Assembly (NCBI GenBank): GCA_964291625.2
Contig: OZ220089.1
Coordinates: 3,488,001-3,552,000 of the forward strand
Source: Candidatus Latescibacterota bacterium
GTDB lineage: Bacteria > Latescibacterota > UBA2968 > UBA8231
Direction of reading: 5' to 3'
Length of the DNA: 64,000 bases
Under the pieces are notes generated by a model, which was not told the DNA's origin, ran no database searches, and saw nothing but the letters and a program-made list of their open reading frames with translations. Below are positions 47,818 to 57,435 of this stretch, in pieces (within the stretch, counting starts at the first letter, position 1; each line of letters opens with the position of its first letter). The position numbers were made by a program, and so were the translations under genes.

Positions 47818-49185
47818 TCACCCCCCGGCGAGCAGACCCTCCGCCTCGTCGCACAACCTCGCCGCCTCTTCGGGGTCGGCGCTCTCCGCCATGACCCGCA
47901 CCACGGGCTCGGTGTTCGACGCCCGCAGGTGGACCCACGGACACTCGAGCCGGCCCCCGAGGTAGAGCTTGCCGCCGTCGGCGACGGGGTGGCGGTAGGC
48001 GCCGGGGTAGCGCCTGGCGAGCGAGGACAGGGCCCCTTCCATCCCCGCGGGGTCGGCGTCGACCCTGCGCTTCTCGATGTGATAGGCGGGCAGGGCGGCG
48101 GCCAGCCCGGTGAGCGAGGGGCCGCGTCCGGCCAGCGCCTCCAGGACGAGGGCCATCCCGACGGCGGCGTCGCGGCCGGGGTCGACCTCGGTGAGGATGA
48201 CGCCGCCGTTGCCCTCGCCGCCGATGACCGCGCCTTCGGAGATCATGGCGTCGACGACGTGGACCTCGCCGACAGGGGTGAGGATCACCGGACAGCCCGC
48301 CGCCTCGGCGGCGTCGCTCACCACCTGCGAGGTGGAGAGGGTGGTCACCACGGGGCCGCGCCGTCGCCGGGTCACCACCTGCACCGCCAGCGCCAGGGTG
48401 AGGTCCTCGCCGAGGGGTCTTCCGTCCTGGCCGACGAGGGCGACGCGGTCGGCGTCGGGATCGATGGCGAAGCCGGCGTGGCATCCGTGGTCGAGGACGG
48501 CGCGGCCGAGGTCGGCCAGGTTCGCGGCCACGGGCTCCGGGTCGTGGGCGAAGCGGCCGTCGGGCTCGGCGTGGATGAAGACGGCCTCGACGCCCAGGGC
48601 CTCGAGCAGGCGCGGCGCGAAGAGGGCCCCCGTGCCGTTGCAGGGATCGACGGCGGCGCGCAGGCCGGCTCGCCGTATGAGGTCGACGTCGACGACATCC
48701 AGGACCCGCTCGAGAAAGCGGTCCTCCACCTCTTCGCGGGTGACGCGCTGCAGCCGTCCTCCGGGGGCGCGCCGGCGGTCGCCGCGATGAAAGGCCGCCT
48801 CCACCCGGCGGGCGTCCCCGGCGTCGAGGAAGATGCCGTCCCCGCGGATCAGCTTGAGGCCGTTCCACTCCGCCGGATTGTGGCTGGCCGTGAGGATGAC
48901 GGCGCCGTCGGCCGGCAGCAGGAGGACCATCATCTTGGCGGCGGGCGTGGCGCAGACGCCGAGGTCGAGGACGGCGCACCCGGCCTCCTGCAGCTCCTCG
49001 GCGGCGGCTCGGGCGAAGTCCTCCCCCGAAGGGCGCGTGTCCCGCGCCAGGACGACCCGGGACCCCGGCGGCAGACGCGCGGCGAAGGCGGCGGCGAAGC
49101 GGCGCACCGTGTCGCCGGTGAGGGAGCCGCCGACGATGCCGCGGATGCCGGAGTGGCTGACCATGAGCGGGGGGTCCCGGCTCAC
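47818..49185 (-). CDS. Phosphoglucosamine/phosphomannomutase family phosphohexomutase
   Basis: SGIRG, TASHNP, DPDADR, GGEGNGG, RASNTEP. Confidence 0.93.
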   Translation of the reverse strand: MSRDPPLMVSHSGIRGIVGGSLTGDTVRRFAAAFAARLPPGSRVVLARDTRPSGEDFARAAAEELQEAGCAVLDLGVCATPAAKMMVLLLPADGAVILTASHNPAEWNGLKLIRGDGIFLDAGDARRVEAAFHRGDRRRAPGGRLQRVTREEVEDRFLERVLDVVDVDLIRRAGLRAAVDPCNGTGALFAPRLLEALGVEAVFIHAEPDGRFAHDPEPVAANLADLGRAVLDHGCHAGFAIDPDADRVALVGQDGRPLGEDLTLALAVQVVTRRRRGPVVTTLSTSQVVSDAAEAAGCPVILTPVGEVHVVDAMISEGAVIGGEGNGGVILTEVDPGRDAAVGMALVLEALAGRGPSLTGLAAALPAYHIEKRRVDADPAGMEGALSSLARRYPGAYRHPVADGGKLYLGGRLECPWVHLRASNTEPVVRVMAESADPEEAARLCDEAEGLLAGG

Positions 49186-49322
49186 GGGGTCCTCTCCGGG
49201 GGCGATGGTCGTGGGGCAGGGGGCATGGCGCCGAATAGTATGGGCCGCCCGCGGGCGGTTCCAAAGGGCGGGGAAAGCCGCTTGACACCCCTGCGGGCAC
49301 TCCTATCGTAGCGGCCCCTGCC

Positions 49323-50627
49323 ATGGGAACCACCGCGATGCGCCGCCTCCCTCTCCTCTGCCTGCTGGCCGCCCTGGGCGCATGCAGCCTGCCCTTCGGC
49401 CGGCCGGCCCGCCCCGCTCCCCCGGCGGCCCTGCGCGTCGACTTCGACAGTCTCAGCGCCAGCGCGCGGCTGGCCTGGGGCCGGCCTCCGGAGAAGGGAT
49501 TCCTGCGCTACGACGTGGAGCGCGCCGGCCGCCGCGGCTTCGAGGTGGTCGCCTCGGTCAGCGGCCACCGGGACACGGCCTGGGTCGACGAGGGGCTGCT
49601 GGCCGACCGCGGCTACCGCTACCGCGTGGCCGCCGTCTTCCGCGCCCGCGGGGACGAGGAGGAGCTGCGCCTCGAGAGCCCGGCGGTGCCGGGCGGCATC
49701 CACCGCCGCGTCGGCGGCTGGTCCCTGTCCGACGGCTTCCTGCCGACCCGGATCGTCCTCTCCGAGGAGGGGGTCCTCCATGTCCTCGGCGCCGGCCGGG
49801 GCTGGGTCGAGCGCTTCGACCGGGACGGCAAGCCCATGGGGCGCTGGCGCTACACCGATTCGCCCAACGCCTGCCTCGAGACGGCCACCCTCGATGCCGC
49901 GTCCGCGGCCTTCGACGCGGGCGGACACCTGTACGTCGTCTTCAACACTCACGTGGAGGGGGGGCCGCCGCAGCCGCGCTGGGCCAAGCTCGGCGCCGAC
50001 GGGGCGCGGCTGTGGACGCGGCCCCTGAGCACCGTCTTCGCGCGCCACATCACCGCCGACGGCGACCGCCTCTTCGTCGAGAGCGTCAGCCACCTGCAGG
50101 AGCTCGGTCCCGACGGCGAGCTCGTGGAGCACTACAGCGTCCCGCCGCTGATGGTGTCGAGCGTGCGCTTCCACGACGGCGCCTTCGCCGCCCTGGTGGA
50201 GCCCCTGGGCTACGACACCTCCGGCTGGCTGGCGCCGCGCCTCGTGGTCTACGGCTCGGTGGAGCGCAGCGAGGTGGGTCGCGTCACCGGCCGCGACCCG
50301 CTGTCGCCGGAGGACCGGGGCGCCGGCCTCCTCAACCGGCCCACGGACTTCACCCACGACACCGCCACCGACCGCGTCTTCGTGGTCAACGGCGGCCACG
50401 ACCGCATCGAGGTCTTCCGCGGCGGCGAGTACCTCACGAGGTGGGGCCGGGAGGGCGCCGACCCCTCCGCCTTCCGCTTCCGCGGCGAGGCCACGGTGCT
50501 CGCCGACGTGACCACGGGGGAGCGGGTGACCCGGGAGGTCGTGGCCGGCGGCATCGCCCGCGACCGCGACGGGTACATCTACGTGGCCGACACCTTCAAC
50601 AACCGGATCCAGAAGTTCGCTCCATGA
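49323..50627 (+). CDS. Lipoprotein with FN3-like domain and NHL/beta-propeller repeats
   Basis: Lipobox LGAC; YRYRVAAV; IYVADTFNNRIQKF; TTGACA promoter at 49282. Confidence 0.8.
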   Translation: MGTTAMRRLPLLCLLAALGACSLPFGRPARPAPPAALRVDFDSLSASARLAWGRPPEKGFLRYDVERAGRRGFEVVASVSGHRDTAWVDEGLLADRGYRYRVAAVFRARGDEEELRLESPAVPGGIHRRVGGWSLSDGFLPTRIVLSEEGVLHVLGAGRGWVERFDRDGKPMGRWRYTDSPNACLETATLDAASAAFDAGGHLYVVFNTHVEGGPPQPRWAKLGADGARLWTRPLSTVFARHITADGDRLFVESVSHLQELGPDGELVEHYSVPPLMVSSVRFHDGAFAALVEPLGYDTSGWLAPRLVVYGSVERSEVGRVTGRDPLSPEDRGAGLLNRPTDFTHDTATDRVFVVNGGHDRIEVFRGGEYLTRWGREGADPSAFRFRGEATVLADVTTGERVTREVVAGGIARDRDGYIYVADTFNNRIQKFAP

Positions 50628-51544
50628 GCCGGGCGATGGCCGCCGCCGTCGTCCTCTGCCTGGCGGCGTCGGCGGCGGCCAAGGAGGGCTACAACGTCTG
50701 GGCGAAGGAGCGCATCCGCTACCAGAAGGAGCGGGTGCAGAAGGACCCGTACAACCCCGAGCTGCGGGTGCTGCTGGCCAACGCCTACTTCGAGGACCAG
50801 AGCTACAACATGGCCGCCGGCCAACTGGAGGAGGCCCTGGAGCTGGAGCCGGGTTACGCCGAGGCGCACTGCAACCTCGGCGTCGTGCGCCACGCCCAGT
50901 CGCGCATCGCCGAGGCGGAGGAGCACTACCGGCGGGCCCTGGAGCAGGACTCGACCATGGTCGAGGCCCTGGCCGGGCTCGGCACCCTTCTGTGCGCCAC
51001 CGGCGAGCAGGGCGAGGGGATCGGCTACCTGGAGCGCACCCTGCGCCTCGACCCCGAGCGCGACGACGCCCGCTACAACCTCGGCGTCGCCTACCACCGG
51101 GTGCAGGACTACCGGCGCTCCATCTCCCATCTCGAGAGCCTCGTGGAGAGGCGGGCCGACCACCCCGGCGCCCGCCGGGCCCTGTCGCAGTCGTACTTCG
51201 CCCGCGGCCTGACCCTGCTGGAGGCCGGCCACCCGAGGCAGGCCATCGCCTTCTTCCACCGCTCCTTCGCCCTGCGGGAGCACGCCGACGTGATCTACGC
51301 CGAGGGCGTCGCCTACCTGCGCCTGGAGGACCTGGCCGCCGCCCGCAAGGCCTTCGCCGCCGCCGTGGGCCTCGACTCCCTGCACGTGCCGGCGATCCAC
51401 AACTTGGCGTACGTCCTCGATCGCAGCGGCCGGCCCGAGGAGGCGGAGCGCTGGTACCAGCTCGAGGCCCGGCTCACCCCCCAGCTCCACCGGATCGAGG
51501 CGGCGCGCAACGCCGAGTACGACGACAGCTATCTCTTCGAGTAG
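50624..51544 (+). CDS. Secreted TPR-repeat protein
   Basis: Signal peptide; AEAHCNLGV, ARYNLGVAY, AIHNLAYV repeats. Confidence 0.88.
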   Translation: MSRAMAAAVVLCLAASAAAKEGYNVWAKERIRYQKERVQKDPYNPELRVLLANAYFEDQSYNMAAGQLEEALELEPGYAEAHCNLGVVRHAQSRIAEAEEHYRRALEQDSTMVEALAGLGTLLCATGEQGEGIGYLERTLRLDPERDDARYNLGVAYHRVQDYRRSISHLESLVERRADHPGARRALSQSYFARGLTLLEAGHPRQAIAFFHRSFALREHADVIYAEGVAYLRLEDLAAARKAFAAAVGLDSLHVPAIHNLAYVLDRSGRPEEAERWYQLEARLTPQLHRIEAARNAEYDDSYLFE

Positions 51545-51549
51545 CCGCG

Positions 51550-51578
51550 TTGACTTCGAAGGCCCCCCTTCATAGCTT
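51550..51578 (+). promoter_or_regulatory. Sigma70-type promoter TTGACT-17-TAGCTT for infA-lysS
   Basis: -35 at 51550-51555, -10 at 51573-51578. Confidence 0.6.
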
Positions 51579-51724
51579 GTGTTGCTGCCTGACAAACCCA
51601 TGGCCGGGGACGCGCATGGATCTCTGACTGGCAATCGAAGTTGGCGGTTTCGGCGAGTGCTGCTCCGGTGACCGGAGATCCTGTTGGCGCTCGCCGTTTT
51701 TCGTTCTGACGCGAAAGAGAGCGT

Positions 51725-51943
51725 ATGCCCAAGGAAGAGGCGATCGAGGTCCAGGCGGTGGTCAAGGAGGCCCTGCCCAACGGCTTCTTCAAGGTGGAGA
51801 TGGAGAACGGTCACGAGGTCCTGGCCCACATCTCGGGCAAGATGCGGAAGTACTACATCCGCGTGCTGCCCGGGGACCAGGTCACCGTGGCCCTGTCGCC
51901 ATACGACCTGAGCCGGGGCCGCATCACCTTCCGCAACCGCTAA
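51725..51943 (+). CDS. infA: Translation initiation factor IF-1
   Basis: MPKEEAIEV...[18 protein letters not shown]...SPYDL.RGRITFR, 72 aa. Confidence 0.98.
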   Translation: MPKEEAIEVQAVVKEALPNGFFKVEMENGHEVLAHISGKMRKYYIRVLPGDQVTVALSPYDLSRGRITFRNR

Positions 51944-51956
51944 GCGGCGCCGGGTC

Positions 51957-53519
51957 ATGGCGCCGAGAGCCTGGCCCTTCGCCGAGGCCGAGCGCATCCT
52001 CGAGCGCCGGCCGCCGGACGGCGGGCGCCCCATCCTGTTCCAGACCGGGTACGGCCCCAGCGGCCTGCCCCACATCGGCACCTTCGCCGAGGTGGCGCGC
52101 ACCAGCTTCGTGCGCCGCGCCTTCGAGCACCTCACCGGCCGGCCCACGCGCCTGCAGGCGTTCTCCGACGACATGGACGGCCTGCGCAAGGTGCCGCAGA
52201 ACGTCCCCAACGGCGAGATCCTGGCCGCCCACCTGGGCCAGCCCCTGAGCGCCGTTCCCGACCCCTTCGGCTGCTGCGCCAGCTTCGCCGATCACAACAA
52301 CGGCCGGCTGCGGCGGTTCCTCGACGAGTACGGCTTCGACTACGAGTTCAAGAGCGCCGCCCGGGCCTACGGCGACGGCGAGTTCGACGAGGGCCTGGCC
52401 ATCCTGCTGGAGAGGGTGGACGAGGTCCTTCAGGTCATCCTGCCGACCCTGGGGCCGGAGCGCCGCAAGGGCTGGTCCCCCTTCCTGCCGATCTGCACCG
52501 GCTGCGGCTCGGTCAACGCCACGCGGGTCACGGGCTACCACCCGGAGCGGCGCGCCGTCTCCTTCGTATGCGACGGCGACGAACCGGCCGCCCGCGGCTG
52601 CGGGGAGCAGGGCGAGACGTCGGTCCTGGGGGGCCAGGCCAAGGTGGGGTGGAAGGTCGACTGGGCCCTGCGCTGGTTCACCTACGAGGTCGACTACGAG
52701 ATGTACGGCAAGGACCTCATCGATTCGGTGAAGGTCTCCAGCCGCATCGTGCGCATCATGGGCCGGCGGCCTCCGGCGGGGATGACCTTCGAGCTGTGGC
52801 TCGACGAGGAGGGGCGGCGCATCTCGAAGTCGGCGGGGCGTCCGGGGATGACGGTGGAGCACTGGCTCGACTTCGCCCCCATCGAGTCGCTGCTCTACCA
52901 CATCTACCAGAACCCCGGGCGGGCCAAGCGCCTGGTCTGGGAGATCGTGCCCCGGTGCGTGGACGACTACCTCGAGGGGCTGCGCCGGTGGCCGGGGCTG
53001 GACGAGGAGGGGCGCCTCGCCCACGCCCTGTGGCACATCTTCGACCGCGGCCGGGGCGTGCCCGCGTACTCCGGCAACGTCAGCTACAGCGTCGTCCTCA
53101 ACCTGATCTCCGCCCTCGGCAGCGACGACGAGGACCTGCTCAAGGAGTTCCTGCAGCGCTACGATCCGCAGGTCTCGGCCAGTCCCGGCGTCCTCGACGC
53201 TCTCGTGCACAAGGGCCTGGCCTACTACCGGGAGCAGGTCCTGCCCGGCAAGCGCTACCGCAGCCCCGACGACGACGAGCGCGCCCTGCTGTCGCGGGTC
53301 CGCGACCGCCTGGCCGCCTTCGGCAACGGCGACGAGCAGGCGCTGCAGGCGATCCCCTTCGACGTCGCCCGCGAGGCCGGCCGCGAGCCGAAGGAGCTGT
53401 TCCGCTGCTTCTACGAGGTCGTCCTCGGGCAGGAGCGGGGCCCGAGGTTCGGCACCCTGGTGGCGCTCCTCGGCAAGGAGCGGGTCCTGCAGATGCTCAG
53501 GGAGAAGACGGCCGCCTGA
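51957..53519 (+). CDS. lysS: Lysine--tRNA ligase, class I
   Basis: TGYGPSGLPHIGTF, DDMDGLRKVP, WKVDW, YGKD, RISKS, GPRFG. Confidence 0.95.
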   Translation: MAPRAWPFAEAERILERRPPDGGRPILFQTGYGPSGLPHIGTFAEVARTSFVRRAFEHLTGRPTRLQAFSDDMDGLRKVPQNVPNGEILAAHLGQPLSAVPDPFGCCASFADHNNGRLRRFLDEYGFDYEFKSAARAYGDGEFDEGLAILLERVDEVLQVILPTLGPERRKGWSPFLPICTGCGSVNATRVTGYHPERRAVSFVCDGDEPAARGCGEQGETSVLGGQAKVGWKVDWALRWFTYEVDYEMYGKDLIDSVKVSSRIVRIMGRRPPAGMTFELWLDEEGRRISKSAGRPGMTVEHWLDFAPIESLLYHIYQNPGRAKRLVWEIVPRCVDDYLEGLRRWPGLDEEGRLAHALWHIFDRGRGVPAYSGNVSYSVVLNLISALGSDDEDLLKEFLQRYDPQVSASPGVLDALVHKGLAYYREQVLPGKRYRSPDDDERALLSRVRDRLAAFGNGDEQALQAIPFDVAREAGREPKELFRCFYEVVLGQERGPRFGTLVALLGKERVLQMLREKTAA

Positions 53520-53525
53520 GGCGGC

Positions 53526-53825
53526 TCAGGGAAGCTCGATCTTCGGGCTCTCGCCGTCGGGCCGGTAGAGCAGCACGGTGCGCCCCAGGACCTGCACCAG
53601 GTGAGCCTCCGCGGCTTCGGCCAGCAGGCGCCCCCCCTCCTCGCGGCCGAGCTCGCACGATCTCTCCAGACGCGCCTTCACCAGCTCCGAGGTGTGGAAG
53701 GCCTCCTCCAGCGAGCGCCGCACCGGCTCGCTGAGGCCGGCGCGACCCACCGACACCTTGGGCCGCAGCCCGTGCCCGAGGGAGCGCAGGCGGCGCACCT
53801 GGGCGGGGGTCGGTTCCGCCGTCAT
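53526..53825 (-). CDS. yhbY: YhbY/CRM RNA-binding protein
   Basis: LRSLGHGLRP.V.VGRAG, ELVK, VQVLGRTVLLYR. Confidence 0.92.
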   Translation of the reverse strand: MTAEPTPAQVRRLRSLGHGLRPKVSVGRAGLSEPVRRSLEEAFHTSELVKARLERSCELGREEGGRLLAEAAEAHLVQVLGRTVLLYRPDGESPKIELP

Positions 53826-54220
53826 TCCACCGTGAAGGAGCCGCGGACCTCGCCGGGGCGGAGACGGCGGCCCACCATCCTCTTGAGGAACCCCTTCAGC
53901 AGCCGGCGCGTGCCCGGGACGAGGGCGGCGAAGCCGACGACGTCGGTGAGAAACCCGGGCGTCAGCAGCAGCAGTCCGCCCCCGAGGATCAGGGCCCCGT
54001 CGAAGATCTCGTCGCCGGGGAAGGAGCCGGCCCGCAGGGCCTCCTGAAGGCGCCAAAGGGCGCGCGTCCCCTGGGCCCGGGCAAGAAAGGCGCCGGCGGC
54101 CCCCGTGGCCAGGACCAGCGCCACCGTGGGCGTGACGCCGATGTGGGAGCCGATCTGTACGAGCAGGGCCAGCTCGATCACCGGCAGGAGGGCGAAGAGG
54201 AGGAACAAGCGGAAGAGCAT
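53822..54220 (-). CDS. fxsA: FxsA family membrane protein
   Basis: PVIEL, ARAQG, GGLLLLTPGFLTD.VG. Confidence 0.93.
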   Translation of the reverse strand: MLFRLFLLFALLPVIELALLVQIGSHIGVTPTVALVLATGAAGAFLARAQGTRALWRLQEALRAGSFPGDEIFDGALILGGGLLLLTPGFLTDVVGFAALVPGTRRLLKGFLKRMVGRRLRPGEVRGSFTVE

Positions 54221-54260
54221 GGTCCGCCAATATACCCGGGGGGGGAACGGGGTCGAGGCG
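54209..54260. repeat. 52-bp direct repeat, copy 1 (fxsA start and promoter)
   Basis: gcggaagagcatggtccgccaatatacccggggggggaacggggtcgaggcg; matches 54899-54950 with one mismatch. Confidence 0.97.
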
Positions 54261-54288
54261 GCGGCGCGGGCAAGCCCACCGCAGCGAG

Positions 54289-54786
54289 TCAGGGAGCGGA
54301 AGGGCCCAGGAGCACGTCGCGCAACTCCACCGCCAGAACCTTCCTCACCTCGTTCAGAGTGGTGCCTCGGTCGTAGGCGGTCTCTCTCATCTTCTGGAGA
54401 GTCTCCTCCGGGAACCGAGCGTCATCCTGGACGGACTCGAAGCATTGTTCCTGGATCTCGTACGGCGGCCGGTCCTGAATCTGCGGGGCCATCCCGGGCG
54501 CCGCTTCCCGGGCCCAGGCGCGGGCCCCGATGTCCTCGGAGATGGCCCGGCCCAGATCTGTCAATCGGAGTGGGCTTCCCCCGGATATGGTCGAGGAAGG
54601 CAGCTGGCGCAGCATCTCCTTGATGTCCCGGCGCATCTTCTGGATGTCCAGGCGAATCCCCTCGATGGCGTCGCCCACCGTGGCTCGGAAGGTGTTCATA
54701 CCGCCGATCCACAGACACAACTTGCAGAGCCCGCCGGTCGCGGCCACTCCTCCCACTACGTAGATCAAGGGATTGCCCCAGTCCAT
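54289..54786 (-). CDS. Hypothetical protein between the direct repeats
   Basis: ATG 54786 with AGGAG RBS; N-terminal TM, short coiled coil, SPLRLTDLG motif. Confidence 0.75.
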   Translation of the reverse strand: MDWGNPLIYVVGGVAATGGLCKLCLWIGGMNTFRATVGDAIEGIRLDIQKMRRDIKEMLRQLPSSTISGGSPLRLTDLGRAISEDIGARAWAREAAPGMAPQIQDRPPYEIQEQCFESVQDDARFPEETLQKMRETAYDRGTTLNEVRKVLAVELRDVLLGPSAP

Positions 54787-54898
54787 CGGACTCCTTCCTT
54801 CGCCGGTTACATCACCTTCGCGCCGCCAGGTGGCCCTCGTGAGGGGACGCCAGTCCCTTGGGCCCCCGGCCAACCAAGGCAATTGCCGTACCCGTCAG

Positions 54899-54950
54899 GC
54901 GGAAGAGCATGGTCCGCCAATATACCCGGGGGGTGAACGGGGTCGAGGCG
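54899..54950. repeat. 52-bp direct repeat, copy 2
   Basis: Identical to 54209-54260 except G>T at 54934; offset 690 bp. Confidence 0.97.
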
Positions 54951-54981
54951 AGCGGGCACGGCGATTGCGGTCCGCCTCCCC

Positions 54982-57421
54982 GTGCCCGCCCCGCCCGCCA
55001 GGAGACGCCCGGCCCTGTGGGTGGCCGCCGCCCTCGGCGCCGGGATCCTGACGGCCGACCAGCTCGCCCACGCGCCCTCCCTGTGGCTGGGCGCCGCCGC
55101 GGTCACGGGGGCGGCGGGCCTGGCGGGGTGCCTGACGGCGCGGGCCCCCCGCCTGACCTCGATCTGCCTGCTGGCGCTGGCCGCCTGCGCGGGAGGGTTC
55201 CGCTACCACCAGCACACACGGCTGTGGCCGCCGCACCACGTGTCCGGCTGCGAGAGCCTCGGCGAGCGCGGGGTCCTCGTGGGCCGGCTGGCAGGCGAGG
55301 CGGAGGAGAGCGCCGTCGAGGGGGAACGCCGGACGCGGCTCGTCCTGGAGGCCGAGGGCTGGGCACCCCGAGGAGGGCGACCCCCTCCATCTGACGGGAC
55401 GCGTGTGGGTGACCCTGCGCGGCTTCCGGCTTCCGGCCGGCGCCGGTGACCGCATCTGGCTGAAGACGCGCCTGAGGCGCCCCCAGCCGGCGCGCAACCC
55501 CGGGGCCTTCGACTTCCGCCGGTACCTCCACCTGCAGGGGGTGCACGCCTCGGCCTCCGCGTACCGGCGGGATCAACTGCAGCGCGTGGAGCCCCTGCCC
55601 GCCGCCTGGTGGCGCGAGAACGGCTGGTGCTGTCCCTTGCGGCGGCAGATGCGCGGCGCCCTCGAGGCCAACCTCTCCGGCCCTCCGGCGGGCCTGCTGC
55701 GGGGCATGCTGCTGGGGGAGAAGCACCGCATCCCCGCCGAGGTGGTGGACCGCTTCCGCCACACGGGGCTGGCCCACGCCCTGGTGATCAGCGGCCTCCA
55801 CGTCGGTCTCGTGGCCCTGTTCTTCTACACCGCCTTCCGGTTGGCCCGGGCCCCGCCGGGGGCCGCCTGCCTGGCCACAACCCTCGTCCTACTTCTCTAC
55901 GCGCTGGTCACCGACCTGCAGGCACCGGTGGTGCGCGCCTCGATCATGGCCGGGGTGGTGCTGGTGGGCCGCGCCATCGGACGCCGGGGCGAGGTCTACA
56001 ACTCCCTCGGCCTGGCGGCGGTCGTCATCCTCTGCCTGTGGCCGGCGAGCCTCCTCACCCTCTCCTTCCAGCTCTCCTTCGGCGCCACCCTCGCCATCGT
56101 CGCCCTCCACGGCCCTCTCATGTCGCTGTGGCCGCGGGCCTGGCGCGACGAGGACCACGCCCTGGGCAAGTGGGTGCTGGCGCCCCTGTGCGTCACCGTG
56201 GCGGCGCAACTGGGCACGGGACCCCTCATCGCCTGGCACTTCCAGCAGTTCGCGCCGGTCTCCCTGGCGGCCAACCTGGTCGTGGTGCCGCTCCTCGGGA
56301 TCGCCGTCTCCCTGGGGCTGCTGGCGGCTCTCACCGGGCCCTGGTGGCCCCTTGCAGGGGCCGTCTTCAACGGCGCCAACTACCTCGCCCTGAACGGTCT
56401 GATGGGCGCCGTGGACGCCTTCGCCGCTCTCCCCTTCGCCTCCCTGACGACACCGAAACCCTCGGCCCTCACCCTGGTCCTGGCGGCGTGGACCGCCGCT
56501 CTCCTCGCCTGGGGACCGGGGCGCCCCCGGGTGCGGGCGCTGCTGCTGATCACCCTGCTGGCGTGGGGCAATCTCCAGGTCTGGCCCCTGGTCCTGCGGG
56601 ACCGGGGGCTGGAGATCGTCTTCCTCGACGTGGGCCAGGGGGACGCCGCCTTCCTGCGCTTCCCCAACGGGCGCACGATGGTCATCGACGGCGGCCTCCG
56701 CAGCCGGCGTTCCGACTTCGGGGAGCGCGTCGTCGTCCCCTTCCTCAAGCATCGGGGAGTCACCCGGGTCGACGCGGTGGTCGCCTCCCATCCGCACTCC
56801 GACCACATCGGTGGGCTGGTGCACCTGCTGGAGCGGGTCGAGGTGGGCCACTTCCTCGACAGCGGCCAGGCCTACGACTCGTGGACGGCCCGCCGGCTGC
56901 GCCGGCTGATCGAGACGAGAGGGGTCGCCTACCACCGGGTCGCCGCCGGAGACAGCCTCGCCGGCCTCGGCGGCGTGGGCGCGGTGGTCCTGCACCCGAG
57001 GGCGGGATTCGTCGACGCCGTGGGCGGCTCTCCCCAAGGCCTGAACGACGGCTCGGTGGTGGTCCGCTTCGACTACGGGGAGACGCGGGTGCTGTTCACC
57101 GGCGACATCGAGGAGCCGTCGGAGCCGGCCCTGTTGGGGTGGGGGGAGGGCCTGCGTAGCGGCGTGCTGAAGGCGGCCCACCACGGGTCGCGCACCTCGT
57201 CGGGCCCGGCCTTCGTCGAGGCCGTGAGCCCGTCGGTCTGCGTCGTCTCCGTGGGCGCCTTCAACCGGTTCGGCCACCCGGCGCCGGGGGTGATGGCGCG
57301 GTTCCGGGAGGCCGGGGCCCGGGTCTACCGCACCGACGAGTGCGGGGCCGTGGTGGTGCGGGTGAGGAAGGAGGGTGGGGTCCTGGCGAGGGCGATGGTG
57401 GGAGAGGACTGTGCGCCGTGA
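54982..57421 (+). pseudogene. comEC: ComEC/Rec2 DNA uptake channel, split by a +1 frameshift near 55366-55369 (real or sequencing error)
   Basis: RNPGAFDF, ISGLHV, SFQLSF, DVGQGDA, HPHSDHIGG, KAAHHGS, YRTD; removing one C joins 54982-frame WAP to EEGDPLHLTGRVWVTLR. Confidence 0.9.
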
Positions 57422-57435
57422 GTCCGGCCGGCCGG

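Noticed and set aside
47816-47818. 6S RNA expected downstream of zapA
   Set aside because: No space: the convergent phosphohexomutase stop begins 2 nt after the zapA stop.
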